A DNA stretch of 64,000 bases from Flaccisagitta enflata (Eukaryota), in NCBI GenBank assembly GCA_965153355.1, contig OZ231126.1, forward strand, positions 34,782,001-34,846,000, written 5' to 3'. How positions within the stretch are numbered: the stretch's first letter is position 1; every line of letters begins with the position of its first letter. The notes under the pieces are model-generated. The model was not told the DNA's origin and did no database searches. It saw nothing but the letters and a program-made list of their open reading frames with translations. The translations under genes and the position numbers were made by a program. Shown here piece after piece: positions 63,484 to 64,000 of this stretch.

Positions 63484-64000
63484 TACCTTCCGAGCAAACC
63501 CGGTTAAAACTGGAGGATTAATTTTTGTTACTTTAATTTCATTTCCCAGACTTTATTTTTTGCATCAAACTTAATTAAAAGATACTTAATTCCTTGAACA
63601 TATTTGGCAGTCAAAAAAAATAACTCGTGAAATCAAAGTGCATGAAGACATCAATATTGAGTGTTCTAACCCAGACCATTGGCAGAAAATTTTACCTATT
63701 AGCAGAAAATTTTACCATTTGGCAGAAAATTTTACCTATTGGCAGAAAATTTTACCATTTGGCAGAAAATTTTACCATTTGGCAGAAAATTTTACCATTT
63801 GGCAGAAAATTTTACCTATCCTAGACTACAAGAACAGCTCAGTCAGACAATTATTTCAGATTTTATGGCTATATAAGTTTTTAAGGACAATTGTCCTAAA
63901 TTATTTTGAGACAATTGTCCTTAAAAACTTTAAATGGATGTAAAATCTGAAATAATTATCTGACTGAGCTGTTCTTGTAGTCTAGGATAGGTAAAATTTT
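63484..64000. mobile_element. Partial fold-back element related to 4484-5498, with 21-bp tandem repeats
   Basis: TTCCGAGCAAACCC..AAAACTGGAGGA start, (CCATTTGGCAGAAAATTTTA) array near 63675-63820, and an inverted repeat 63806-63870 / 63940-64000. Confidence 0.7.

Overview
This is AT-rich, repeat-dense eukaryotic DNA, most likely from an invertebrate metazoan. The only host gene I can support is the 5' part of Exportin-6 (XPO6) on the minus strand. Seven coding exons (55462 to 31440, 1381 nt, about 460 aa) have canonical GT-AG junctions and consistent phases. Exons 4-6 occur a second time inside a ~16.5 kb near-identical direct duplication (2185-18717 vs 31729-48250), which is either a real intragenic duplication or an uncollapsed haplotype. 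The introns are packed with nested non-autonomous DNA elements. These include Helentron/DINE-1-like (HINE) elements whose 9-bp sub-terminal repeat GTCC[G/C/T]CGAC co-varies between ends, each family carrying its own 13-, 19- or 18-bp satellite plus ~162-167-bp repeats. There are also many short HINEs, TA-, 3-bp- and 5-bp-TSD MITEs, a TTAA-bounded element with decayed coding sequence, a composite element with two 570-bp direct repeats and an outer 4-bp TSD, and two decayed tRNA-like units. Most long ORFs in the track are translations of satellites. All comparisons were made by eye, so identities are approximate.
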